A DNA stretch of 64,000 bases from the human T2T-CHM13v2.0 reference genome, Homo sapiens. Shown here in pieces: positions 49,057-64,000 of this stretch (position 1 is the first letter of the stretch; each line of letters opens with the position of its first letter). Made by a program: the position numbers and the translations under genes. The stretch is from assembly GCF_009914755.1 (NCBI RefSeq), contig NC_060944.1; one strand, written 5' to 3'. Under the pieces are notes generated by a model. It was given only the letters and a program-made list of their open reading frames with translations, was not told the DNA's origin and ran no database searches.

Positions 49057-49534
49057 GTAAAGTACCTCCGATTGCTGTTAGCATGACGAAGTAGTTAATA
49101 CAGCTGCTCAAGCAGAGTGGCGCCTGACATATTGTGAGCCCTCGGTTGTATTCGATGCTGTTGTGTTTAGCAGAGTAAGAAAGACTGTGAACAACTGAAT
49201 GGCCAGTTCAAGCCTGCTTACCTTGCTAATGGGAGAACTGGGCTGAACAAGTTCTCCTGTCTATAAATGCTATGGGCTTTCCTTGTATTTCAGGAGTCCC
49301 CAGTATGGGATATTTTTGGACCAGAAAATTGAAATGCCAGTGGTACCTTTGAGGACCCCTGGCATTTCATTCCAGATGGAACTAGTAAACATCCGGTGGA
49401 GGGGGGCAGGGAATTATCTCAGACTCAAGAAGGATCATTCTCATGAAGACAGAAAGTGTCTGCATCCATAGGGTATGGTCCGCTCTTATCTCAGTTCTGT
49501 GGAGAATCTTGACTATTTTGTTCTAGAGCAGTGA

Positions 49535-50020
<486 letters not shown>

Positions 50021-50533
50021 TGAAACCACCCTTAGCCATTCCTGTAGGCAAAGAACCAGTTTCTCATTATCCAAGTCTAGAACCCAATTACATATAACAT
50101 TGAAATACAAACTATTTTTGCATACTTTTAATAATCACTGATTTTTTTTCAGAAATATAACTACTGGATAAATGAGGGGGAAATAGGTTTTGTTTTGTTT
50201 GAAATTTTACGAAGAGTTGGCCATTTTGCAGATTCTTGTCACCAACGGTACCACTGCTCCGCCTTGAATGCTGTCTCCCCTGAGCTGTGAGTCCCAGGGC
50301 AGATGCTACCCTTCTCACCCTGTGTCCCAGCTCCAGTCACACCCACTGGTCCAATGTGGGCTGGCACAGAAGACTGCAGGCCTGGGGGTGCCCAGCACTG
50401 GGACTGGAGATCAGAACACCTGACTTCAAAGTCTGGTTTGAGCACTTTCTAGCTGTGTGCCCTTGGGTAAGTCTTTGGTCATGCTGAGCCTTGGTTTCTT
50501 TCACTGTAAAATGGGATCCTAAAGTGCCAACTC

Positions 50534-50830
<297 letters not shown>

Positions 50831-52155
50831 TTATACCATGGAGTGGATATGAGGGCGCAAGGAGATCATGGGGGCCTGTGCTCAGCCTGGCAACAGGAGC
50901 ACACAATTTACACCTGTTATCAAAGATGAACGGCCAAATGAATGGAGGAATGAAGGGAGTGGACCTCGAGATTGCGTGCATTTTCTATTTTTTCCATGGC
51001 ATGAGATGGTGTTTAGGGAGTCAGTGGTGTTGGTGAAAACACACACACACAGCAGGATAAGAACAGGTGGGTCCTTCTGTTGATCCACGTCCTTGCCCTC
51101 CCCTTGGCCTTCCTCCATCCTTCTCTCTCTCGGCCCCCTCCTGCTCCCACCACTCCCCATCACTCTCTCAGGATGAATGAGAGGGAAGCACTGAAACCCC
51201 CTGACCAGCCCCCACTGCAGCATGGCCTTGAGGAGCAGAGGCCACACCTGAGAGCAGGAGGGCCTGGATTCACGTACTGAAGCCACCGTTCCCTGGCGGG
51301 GTGACCTGGAATTCTTGATTCTGTTTCCTCCCTGGAATTCCCCATTATCTCGTCACACCTTCACATCCACTCTATGAGGCTGGTACTTTAGGATCCCCAT
51401 TTAGCAGCTAGAGAAACAGAGGCTCAGGGTAACTAAAGAGTTCCTGCCTTGGAGGGTTGGGAGGATGAAAACTTGCAACTTCCGTGTGCAAGTTGCTTGG
51501 CCCAGTACCTGAGGACAAAGGATGGTCAGTAAACAAGTCCCTGTGCCCTCCCTCCTCCTTTGTCCTCCTTTTGTTTCTGGGCTATGATTCACACCTGGGT
51601 TATGGGAGCTTCAGAAATCCTGTATTTTCTAGGCACCAGAGGGCTGTCAGAACAGGGACAGGAAACAGGGGAGCTGGAATGGAGTCATGGAGAAGTTGAT
51701 CAGGGAGGCCACTCAAGTGTCTCCACCTGTGGAAACTCATGCTGGCTCCAGGATGCAGGCGTGTGCAGCAGGTGAAGGGGTTGAGGCTGGGGAGCGGGAT
51801 ACCAGGCAGAAAGAAAGGCAAGAGCAAGAGAGCAGGGTGTTCATGGGCGTCTGCGAGGAGCCACTTGCCAGACACCAGTGACTGATCAGCTCCGGAGGAC
51901 GTGCCATGTTCAGAGATGCCCCACCTGTCTTGTTCTTGATAAGGACACCCCGCTTGACTGAGAATTATAGTGGAGATCAACCCAACGGCCTCAAATTCCA
52001 GGGACCTGCAGATGGATACTAGTGTCCTTCAATATCAAGATTCTGGAATTCTTGCCTCCTTATTTATTCAAATGGATTAACTGAGAACCTACTGTGTGCA
52101 GACAGCATTCTCAGTGCTGGGATACAAGCATGAACAAGACAAGGTCCTGGCCTTC

Positions 52156-52490
52156 TGTCTTAGTCCATTTGGGCTACTGTAACAAAATACCTTAGACTGG
52201 GTGGCTTATAAACAACAGAAATGCATTGTTTACAGTTCTGGAGACTGGGAAGTCTAAGACCTAGGCGCCAGCAGATTCTGCATCTGAGCTCTGTGCTTCA
52301 CGGTGTCTTCTTGCCACGTCCTCCCATGGCCAGAGGGCAAAAAGCTCCCTCAGGGCTTTGTTATAAGGGCAAGAATCCTGTTCATGAGGGTGGGGGCCTC
52401 CCTAACCCCAAAGACCCCCTCTTAGTACCATCAGACTGAGGATTCAGTTTCAACACATGGATGTGGGGGACACAGACATTCAGACCAAGT
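52156..52490 (-). mobile_element. MST/MLT1A-type MaLR LTR
   Basis: TGTCTTAGTCCATTTGGGCTACTGTAACAAAATACCTTAGACTGGGTGGCTTATAAACAACAGAAAT..GGGGGACACAGACATTCAGACCA. Confidence 0.85.
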
Positions 52491-52700
52491 GGCCTCTAGG
52501 ATGGCCGTGATGCTAATGGAAGCAAAAGTGGTGCAAATCAGGAAGGCGGGATTTTCCTCCACTCAATCCGGTGACAAACTTCTTTTCCTGTCTCACTTTA
52601 CAGGCAAGGAGACTGGTCCTTTGCCCAGATCCCACAGCCAGAGAGGGGCGAGGCAGGATGGAAACCCTGGTCTGTGTCCCTCGGAGCCTGGGCCCTGGGA

Positions 52701-53115
52701 TGTGTGAGTCTCTTCTGGCTTCTGTAACAAATGACCACTAACTGGCTAGAGACAGCACAACTGTAGCATCTTACAGTTCCGGAGCTCAGGAGTCGGAAAC
52801 GGGCCTTGCCTGGCTAAAATCAAGGTGTCAGCCGGAAGGCGCTCTCCCTGGAGGCTCTAGGGGAGAAACTTGTTTCTTGCCTTTTCCAGCTTTTAGAGGC
52901 TGCCTGCATTCCTTGGCTCATAGCCGCCTCTTCCATGTTCAAGGCCAGCAATGGAGCATCCTTAAATCTCCCTTTCTGACTCTGGCCGTCCTGTCTCCCT
53001 CTTATGAGGACCCTTGTGATGACACTGGCTCCTCCGGATCAGCCAGGATCACCTCCCCACTTGGAGATCCTTGACTTCCTCACATCTGTAAAGTCCCTTC
53101 TGCCGTGTGACATAT
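52701..53115 (-). mobile_element. MLT1C/D-like MaLR LTR
   Basis: GGCTAAAATCAAGGTGTCAGC..GGAGGCTCTAGGGGAGAA..TTGCCTTTTCCAGCTTTTAGAGGCTGCCTGCATTCCTTGGCTC. Confidence 0.85.
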
Positions 53116-53499
53116 AAGGAGGCCAAGATGCGTCTGATCTTTAAAAGACTAAAGCCCCCCAAACAAGTCTGAGGAGACTCCTGGCTTGTTTTTATTTTGG
53201 CCAGGAAAGTTTTCCAATATCCCTGGCCTTCAGGCTTGTCCCCTAGGAGGATGGAGGGACTGAGCTGGGGAGATGTCTGTGAATGGGGGTGGGGTGGATT
53301 CACAGGTTTCAGGGGTTAGAACGCCAGTGTCTTTGGGACTCATTATTCTGCCTTCCACTGCGTGGATGATGGGAAAGCTCCTGGTTCCAGGGCGCAAACT
53401 TAGGCTGGCTCTTTGGCCTCTCTGTGCCTCAGTTTATATAATGAGGGTGAGGAGAATATCTGTTGGGGTTGTTGAAGTAGTGAAGGAGTTGGTAATTGA

Positions 53500-53762
<263 letters not shown>

Positions 53763-53818
53763 AAGTCCATCTGACATTGAAGTTCTCTTTCAGTTTTGAC
53801 ATCTGATCCATCTAGGGC

Positions 53819-53901
53819 TGTGTGTGTGTGACAGTGTGTGTGTGATTGTGTGTGTGTGTATGATTGTGTGTGTGTATGATTGTGTGTGTGTGTATGTGTG
53901 C
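53819..53901 (+). repeat. Interrupted (TG)n microsatellite
   Basis: TG runs punctuated by GAT/TATGAT. Confidence 0.9.
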
Positions 53902-55110
53902 ACATGTCTTTATGGGGATTGAGGGTGGGTGGAACAGAGACTGGGAGAGACACTTTGTGAAATGTTTATATTTTATGCCTTTTGATGTAATTCCAACTAG
54001 ATCTTAAATCATGCAGCAGGAAGCTCCTTAAAATTTTTAATTTGTTGTTTTTCTTAGAAATGATTATTTCCACATTGCGCCCAGAGACACTCGTGCCTCG
54101 TCCTGCCTCCCATCCTTGTGCTGTTCTAAAAGGTCCCCAGGCGGTGGTTGTTTACTGCTGCCAATCAGGTGGGCTTTGCACAAACCATGCTTTGGGCCCA
54201 CCCTGTCGTTCTGTGAAGCTGTAATATCTTTGGGAAGATTTTTATAGCTTGTCCCACATAGGCTGGGGCTGGGATATTTAGAAGAAGGCCAACCTGTAGA
54301 TTCCTTGCTAAAAACCACATGGTATTTTACAAGACGGGTTGAGAGGGAGAGCTGGGGCTGGGTGTGGGGCGGCATAGAGCTGGATTCTTGGGGAATCTTC
54401 TCCACATTTAATTTAATTTTTGACGCCGAGAGCTTGATCCTGGTTTTGAAGAACTGGAGTATAAGAAGAAAAAAAAATCACATAAATTTAATTAGGACGG
54501 AGGAAAGAGATGCTTTTGATCTTTAAGAGACTAAAGCCCCAAACAAGTCCAAAGTGTGTCCCTGGCCTTTAAACTGATAACCCAGGAGGACGGAGGGACA
54601 GAGCTGAGGGAATATTTGAGATGGGGCGGGGGGCGAGCGTGGGCTAATGGGTGACCCACAAGCTGACTTCAAAGGCTAGCTCTTTACAAGCAAGCAAGGA
54701 CACCAGAGGGTCTGTGAGGGGTGCGGGGATGCCTCTAGGGGCTGGGCCTGCAGGAATTTCACACCACCACAAGGCACCAGCGGCAAGAGGGGCTCAGAGA
54801 AAGGACTTGAGGCCATGGTCGCACAGGGTCCCTTTGCAGGGGACACCTCCTGAGGGTCGGGATGGGGGTAAGGGCATGAAGGTGGGGCTTGGGAGCGAGG
54901 CAGAGATGGGTTCAAATCCCAGCTAGCAGTGCTGGGACAAAGCACATGACTCTCTGTGTTTCAGTTTCCTCATCTGTAAAGGGAAGGTGATTTTAATTCA
55001 TGATGTTGTTGCAAAGGTGGAGTGAGCTGGTGGGGACAAACAGGCCCAGTGAGGAACAGCCATGGGATTTCAAGATGGAAACAGCTTTACTGTTTTTGTC
55101 TGATTCTAAC

Positions 55111-55598
55111 TGGGGTTTCTCAACTCTGACACTCCTAACATTTCTATTGATTGATTGATTGAGACAGGGTCTTGCTCTGTTGCCCAGAATGGGGTGCAGT
55201 GGCACAGTCATGGCTCACTGCAGTCTCCTTCTGCCTGGCTCAAGCCATCTTCCCGCCTCAGCCCCACCAAGTAGCTGGGACCACAGGTGCATGCCACCAC
55301 ACCTGGCTAATTTTTAAAATATTTTGCATAGAGATGAGGTTTCACTATGTTGCTGAGGCTGGTCTTGAACTCTTGGCCTCAAGTGATCCTCCTGCCCTAG
55401 CCTCCCAAAGTGTTGGGATTACAGGTGAGAGCCCCTGCACCTGGCCACTCCTGACATTTCAATCAGGATCATCCCTAGCATACCCACTAGATGCCAGCAG
55501 CAATGCCCAGGCCCCAGCTGTGACAACCAAAAACATCTCCAGACACTGTCAAGTGTCCCCTGTGGTCAAAATCCCCCCACCCCCATTGATAGCCACTG
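55111..55598 (+). mobile_element. MER20 interrupted by AluJ (55146-55446, -)
   Basis: GGTTTCTCAAC..TACCCACTAGATGCCAGCAGCA..TGTGACAACCAAAAACATCTCCAGACA; Alu TSD ACTCCT(A/G)ACATTT. Confidence 0.85.
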
Positions 55599-56453
55599 AG
55601 TGTGCCTATTGTAAACGAAACAAAAACCAAAAGCAAAGATTGTATCAGACAGAATAGAAGAATATAAAGAAGAAATAAGTATCCAGAGATTCTGAAATAA
55701 CCACTGTTTCCATTTAAGTATACATTTTTTGGAGATTTTTCTATGTAAACACACACATAGTCTATACATCCAAGTGATATAAATTTAATTTTTCATACAA
55801 CTGATCATAGGGATATACGATACGTTTTTTTCTTAAATAAAATTTTCACTTTACTGGCTTTTCATAAAAATATCAAAAGGAATGCACACTTATTGTTAAT
55901 AGGTCAAACAACATACAGGACTGCAGAGAAAAGGAAACGACTCCTTCCCTCCTACTTTGAGTCCTACTCATTCTATACTATTATTGCTAGTAATGACAGC
56001 TACTATTTATGCAAAGCTCTCTCGGTGCCACCAAGCAGGTGCTAAGCCCTGGCCACAGGTGTCTCATTCAGGGCTTGCTGCATCCCTCTGAGATGGACAC
56101 TCTTATTGTCTTTCTAGTTTATGGATGCAGAAACCCAGGCACAGGAGGTTCCCCTCCTGCTTGCTAAGGGCTGGCTCCACGATCTATTACATGCTACACC
56201 CATCACAGGCCTTTGCAAGTTTCCTCGCCCTTTGCAGGAGTTGATGCACTCCGTGGAGTCAACCCTTCTGTGTTTTTGTTCTGCTGAACTAGGCTTCCAT
56301 TTTCAAAAGTATCTCATGGATCAAGATGGCCTTCAGAGCTCCAGCCATCACACTCACATTCCAGCTGTCGGGAAAGAGAAAGGAACAAAGGAAAAAATGA
56401 GGAAACACAATACTCTCCTGAGCTTGGAGCTCTCCCCTTAAATCCTTCCATAG

Positions 56454-57342
<889 letters not shown>

Positions 57343-58098
57343 TGATACTGTCTAATGGCTCTTGCATGAGGGGCCCCACACTTTCGTGTTGCATTGGCCT
57401 GTATCATATCGGGGAGTCACAGAGCTGGGCTTGATGCCACCTCCTCCTTCTCCAGCCCAATCCTTAGTCCCCTTAAGCTTATGATGCCTTCAGGGGGACC
57501 AGGACCCCTCAGACCCCCACAGCCTTGTGTTTACAACACTTCAACCCTTTAAAGCAGGATTTGCAAGTACCTGACATGGGCACAAAGGGTCTGGGGAAGG
57601 AAAAGTGGGGATCAGGAGCAGCTGAGGTTCCCAGGAAAGCCACAGCCTGCCTCGAGAGGCTGCCTCTCAGATCTGGCCATGGACAAAAGTACACTTGGCT
57701 GTGCCACAGCCTTACTGAGGGCAAACATCCAGAGTTGAAGATGAATGTCAGACTCCCAGTGGTTGGCAAAATCCACATTTTTAAAAGCGCAAATCCACAT
57801 TAGGAGATTTTCTCCAAAAACTAACCTGGATTCTTGAAAAAGGTCGATGTCATAAAAGACAAAAATGAAAACAACAGCAGAACAGTTCCAGATGAAAGAA
57901 GACAGAGGAGACGTGACAGCTCAGAGCACAGTAAGGAACGCTACTGGGACAGCTGGGGACATAGGGACACAGGCTGCATGTTAGATAATAGTATGGGTGC
58001 TGTTATATAGGTATTAGTGTAAGAATATGCTATCATTATATCATATACATGATACATTTCCCACTAAATAGTTTGAAAGCTGTACTCTAGTTATGTAA

Positions 58099-58459
<361 letters not shown>

Positions 58460-58998
58460 TGACATCAGCAAGCTGTGTATGTACATCGACACATACACAT
58501 TTCCACCATCTGTCTCTATACACAGAGAGATACAGAGAGAAGGCGGTGTGAGAAAATAGTGTCCAGTGCTGAGCCTAGGTGAAGACGGGTGGATGGTCAT
58601 TGTACTTTTTGGGGCAGATTTCAAAATAAAAAGTTGGTGGCAAAACTTGGATGGCTCACACTCTCAGGCAAATCTGCAGGCCGTATGTGGCCCATGACCT
58701 TCCTGGTTTGTGACATTTGCATTAAATCACCTGATGCATAGGCAACTTCCTGCCTGGCTGGCAGGCCCCAGAGAAACATCACCTCTGTGATCACCTGAGA
58801 GCTAAGCCGAGACCTTGTCCCGTGCACTTGCAGGTAGTGCAGTCCACTGAGTTACAGCTGGGTGCCTATTTGTCTTCTCTGAACTAGGCTATGAGCACAG
58901 CCGGGAATGTTTCCTACTCACTTTCGTATCTTTCTCCCCACGCCCTACCCCATATTATTAGGACTAAAATGCAAAGACTCTGAATCACAGGGATGTGA

Positions 58999-59550
<552 letters not shown>

Positions 59551-59959
59551 AACCCTTCTGTGTTTTTGTTTTGCTACACAAGGCTTCCATTTTCAAGACT
59601 ATCTCACAGATCAAGATGGCTTCCAGAGCTCCAGCTATCACACCCACATTCCAGCTATCAGGAAGGAGAGAGGAACAACAACAAAAAAAAAAAAAATGGG
59701 GAAATAACATGTGTTACCTGCTGGGGAGGTTTTTAGAAACTTCCAGATGATGCTTCTGTTTGCATCCCCGACAGTCACATGGCCACTGTCACCTCCAAGG
59801 AGACCTGGGAATGGAGTCATTATTCCGAGAGACCAAGTGCCCATCTGAAATGTGGGGGTTCTGTTCATGTAGAAGAGAAGAATGGTGACACTAAGGTACA
59901 AACTGCAGCCTCTGCCACCCTTCCAAGCCCATGGAAGGCCTGGCATATACTTCATTGAG

Positions 59960-60454
<495 letters not shown>

Positions 60455-60881
60455 TCCTGGATGCTTAATAAACTCTTTTAAAGATTTGTTTTTCAAGTAT
60501 TTACCAGCCTCTCCCCATGTGCCAAGCACTGGAGATGCAGCAGCAAGCTGCCCTCATGGGGGCCCTGGCTAGGACGGAACAGAGATAAGAAATAACTAGT
60601 GAAATGTAGTTAACTAATTACAGCTGTGCTTCCTGCTATGAAGAAGTGTTAGGTGTTACAAATGCATATGATGGGGCAGCTAATCTATTTAAGGCAGGCC
60701 AAGAGAGGGCTGAAGAGGGGCTGGGTAGCTGAAATCCAAAGCAGGTGAAGTTAGTTAGCTTGATTAGCCCTTGAAGTGAGTGCTGGGGAGGAGTGGAGAG
60801 TTCCAGGCACAGAGAAGAACAAGGATGAAGACCAGAAGGTGGGAAAGATCTGTGTTGTCTGGAAGTGGCAATAGGCCAGTG

Positions 60882-60911
60882 TGTTGTTGTTGTTGTTGTT
60901 GTTGTTGTTGT
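60882..60911 (+). repeat. (TGT)10 trinucleotide microsatellite
   Basis: Direct read. Confidence 0.95.
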
Positions 60912-61689
60912 GTAAGAGTGAAGGGAGAGGAGAGAGGCAACATAGAAACGAAAAGCTTTCTCTCCTGGAGCTGCAGGAAACCATTCACATTGCCATTTGC
61001 TTCCGTCTGTTTCCAGGAGCCTTTCAAATCCCATGAAATAGCCATTTCTAAATTGTACCCACTGCCCTCCTTTCTTTTCATCCCCCCTGCCTTTCCCTAA
61101 GTCTTTTAGAAAAAAAAAAATGCAGGGATTCCAGAAAGACTGGTCCAGCCGCATGGAAAGCGGCCCAGGAAACTGCCTGGTGATGGTTGCAAATGCCGTG
61201 AGAAGGAAATTGTCCTGTAATTGAAGGGGAAATTCTTTACTAGGATTGTTAAAGAGTTCTTCTACAAGCTCCTTTCATCTGTGGCTTGTTCCATGCCTTA
61301 ATTAATTTTGATCCGGGAGGTTTCCCGAGCCTCTGGTTGCACCCATGTCTCTTGGAGATCAGGCCTTCTGTTGCAGGTGGAGAAACTGAGGCCAAAGAGG
61401 CCCTGGGGTGTGGGGGACCTTGGGGGAACAAGTCCTGCATCAGAAGGCTGGTTTCTGAACATTTTGAGCCTCAGGCTTTCAGGAAAGAGCCCAAAGCCAG
61501 CCATGTCAAACAAGAGAAAGAGTTTCTACCTTTAAAAAATGTGTTTTTGTTATAAAATTGGTGAAATCACATTTTATAAGTGATTAGAAAAAACCAACAT
61601 ATAAACACAGGAATATTCATGACCTGTTTTTGTATTGTAACTGGCTAAAAAAAAAACCCTGATATTGCCCACTGGGTTATTCTCCTTTT

Positions 61690-62050
61690 TCTTGATTCTT
61701 GACTGAAACCCAACTGAAACTGGCTTAAATAAAAATTGTACTTCGTTGGCTCACATAATAATAAATCCTGAGGTAGATCCACCTTCAGGCATATCTGGTT
61801 CCACGGGCTTAAGCAATGTCATCAACTTTCTCTCTCAGCCTTCTTTGCTCTGTGGCTCTCTCTCTCTCTCTCACGCTTTTTCTCTTTCGCTCTTCAAGTT
61901 TTCTCTCTCCTCTCTGCTTTCCAGACTCATCATGAGGTGGTCTTAACAGCTCATAGAGCTTGCTCAGTTTTGCAACTTCAAGGGGAACGTGGTGTCTTCT
62001 TCTCAAGAGATTCAGGAAAATCCCAAGAGGGAACAATATTGAGAGGCACA
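61690..62050 (-). mobile_element. Old MaLR LTR (MLT1J/K/L-like)
   Basis: GAAACCCAACTGAAACTGGCTTAAATAAAAA..TTGGCTCACATAA..CTTCAGGCATATCTGG. Confidence 0.6.
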
Positions 62051-62479
62051 GAGATAGTAAAGAGGACTTCAAAGAATTTTGCTTATTGCTCTGACAATAT
62101 TTCTCCCTTGGGGATGTTTAAGTGACGTTTGTAAAGTTTCCAATTGCTTTCAACTGTGGTTTTTTTTTGGTTACTGAGCTGTTTCTTTGAAATCATGTAG
62201 AAAAACAGACACACACAAATCATCACCCATTATTTTACCATCACTGTTATTATTTGGGGGTGTCTTGTTGTCTGGGTCCCAACGCATTTCTGTGCTAAGT
62301 GTAATTGGGGTGGTGATGGGAGGGGTAGGGTAGTGTATTTAGGCTTTGGAGCCAGATGGACTTGGTCTGAATTCTGCTTCTTTTATTCTTATTAAGTGCA
62401 TGGTCTTAAGTAATAAGCACGGCATGGGGAAAGGAAGAAAGAGAAGGCGTCCCTCGAGTCTTGGAACCAAAGCCCTGAG

Positions 62480-62945
62480 CTCGATGCTAATTGGATTAAC
62501 CCTGACCATTGCCTGTGGCCAGGAGAATGCCACGTGCTGACTGGCTCAGGTTGTAGTTACCTGAGCCAATCGCCGTGGAAGGCAGGGAGGGGGGGCACCC
62601 TGATTGGCTTAGACAGGTGAAGGCTGCTACAATGATGGACTGGACTGCAGATGTGCGGAAAACTACCGCAGAGCTGGTGCAGGCTCCCGGGAGGCGGGGC
62701 TGCGGCACCTCCTGGGCCGGTAGGGTCCTTAGGCGCGGAGGGGAGGGGAGGGGAGGGGAGAGGGTCCTGTCTGGGCTTCTCGCCGGGCATGGCTCTGGGG
62801 CTCTGCCCTCCACCTGTTCCCTGACCTGTGTCCCTCTGCTCACCCCGCCCGTATCCCAAGCCAGGGTCATGCCACGTCCCCAACCCTCGCCTTTCTCCTG
62901 GGCGAAGGGAGCCCTAACCGCTGCAGTTTGGAGGCCAGACGGTTT
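62480..62945. promoter_or_regulatory. Candidate promoter/enhancer: CCAAT boxes, E-box, GC box, local CpG enrichment
   Basis: CACGTG 62531, AGCCAATC 62564, CTGATTGGCT 62600, GAGGCGGGGC 62691, (GGGGA)n near 62740, about 17 CpGs in 62650-62945. Confidence 0.5.
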
Positions 62946-63239
62946 TTTGTTTCCTCCTTGGCAAAACATGAGTTCTCTTTTTCTAAGAAAATAAAGGGAC
63001 TTAAAAAAGAAGAAGAAGAAGAAAATGGGAAAATCGTATAAAAATAAAAGCCCAAATCCCAACTCCAGTAGCAAATTATACTCCAAATAACTCTTAACAA
63101 ACTAGGCTTGGAACCATTCTATAGGAGGCAACCAGACCCATCAGAATTAAGTTTTTCATAAAGGCAGAGCCAAACCGAGAAAGGTTCTCAAGGAAAAGAT
63201 TGCTCGAGGCTTCTGAAGCAGAGATTTTAATAATTGTTA

Positions 63240-63440
63240 TCAATACCCACGACTTACTGAGCGCTTACCCTGCACTGTGCTAAGTGTGTTACCTATTATC
63301 TATAATCCTCCCGATGACCCTGTTTTACAGATGAGGAAACTGAGACACAGAGTTAAGTGGCTTGCCCCAGGGCACACCGTTTGCAAGCCACAGGGCTGGC
63401 ACCCAATCCTGTCTCTTTTTCCAAAGCTCCGTAACCACTG
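63240..63440 (-). mobile_element. MIR
   Basis: TTTTACAGATGAGGAAACTGAGACACAGAGTTAAGTGGCTTGCCC core. Confidence 0.8.
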
Positions 63441-64000
63441 TCCTTCCCTACCTCCCTCCACATCTGGGATTTCAGAATGTTTGCAGAGTGAGGTTGCTGG
63501 AGTGAGTTGGGGCTTGAGGCAGGTAGAGCCTCCCCTCCTGGTCCCTGGATTCTGTTGGGTTTTGGCTTGGTCCTTGTAGGACTACTTCAAGCTGGCTGGA
63601 GAAGGGGCTTATTCTTTCTGATTTGTTACCCCCTAGATTCTTCCACAAAGCGAATTAGCTCCAGCCAGCCTGGAGTTGCCTGTCTTCTTGTTTTTTAGAT
63701 GAGAGGGAAGCAAAGCATAATGAACTGTTGCAATAGGCAAGATCCCTGGACTTAAGAAGGAAATAGTCTCCTCTCCTGCTGACTTTGTGAGGCAAAGCAG
63801 ACCAGAAAGGGTCAAAATTCTTTCACCAGAAGTAAGTGCTAAAAAGACAAGAAGAGCAAGCTAAAGTGGAGAGGTACTGGAGGTGCTACTTTGGGTGGGT
63901 GATCACGGAAGGCCTCTCTGAGGAGGCGACATAGAAGCAAGGCTCTGAATGATGGAAAAGAACCAGCTGTGGGAGAACCTGGGGAGAGAGCATTGCAAGC

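Noticed and set aside
60636-61154. PolyQ/polyN/polyT/polyC-containing ORFs
   Set aside because: All come from one (TGT)10 microsatellite read in different frames

Overview
This is primate, almost certainly human, non-coding genomic DNA. It is Alu-dense (about 54 Alu copies or fragments, roughly a quarter of the window) and also carries MIR, L2, old L1, MaLR/ERVL LTRs and MER/Tigger/MADE1 DNA-transposon remnants. I find no intact protein-coding gene; nearly all ORFs in the track are Alu-derived, low-complexity or random. Two retroposed copies are recognisable: a 7SL (SRP RNA) pseudogene cut by the left edge, and a minus-strand processed prothymosin-alpha (PTMA) pseudogene (about 11674-13216) that is disabled, split by three Alus and missing most of its 3'UTR. 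The best functional leads are a complete MLT2A1 solo LTR with a perfect TSD, DUX4-type motif and splice donor; a candidate small downstream exon; a MADE1 hairpin; and a CpG/CCAAT/GC-box promoter-like patch near 62.5-62.9 kb. Several mutational fossils are visible directly: a templated insertion, a fold-back in an Alu linker, a trimeric Alu, two old local duplications, a minisatellite born from L2 and long homopyrimidine tracts. I do not see evidence for a new biological system. Repeat subfamily names come from recalled consensus sequences and boundaries are approximate; RepeatMasker/Dfam and BLAT should confirm them.
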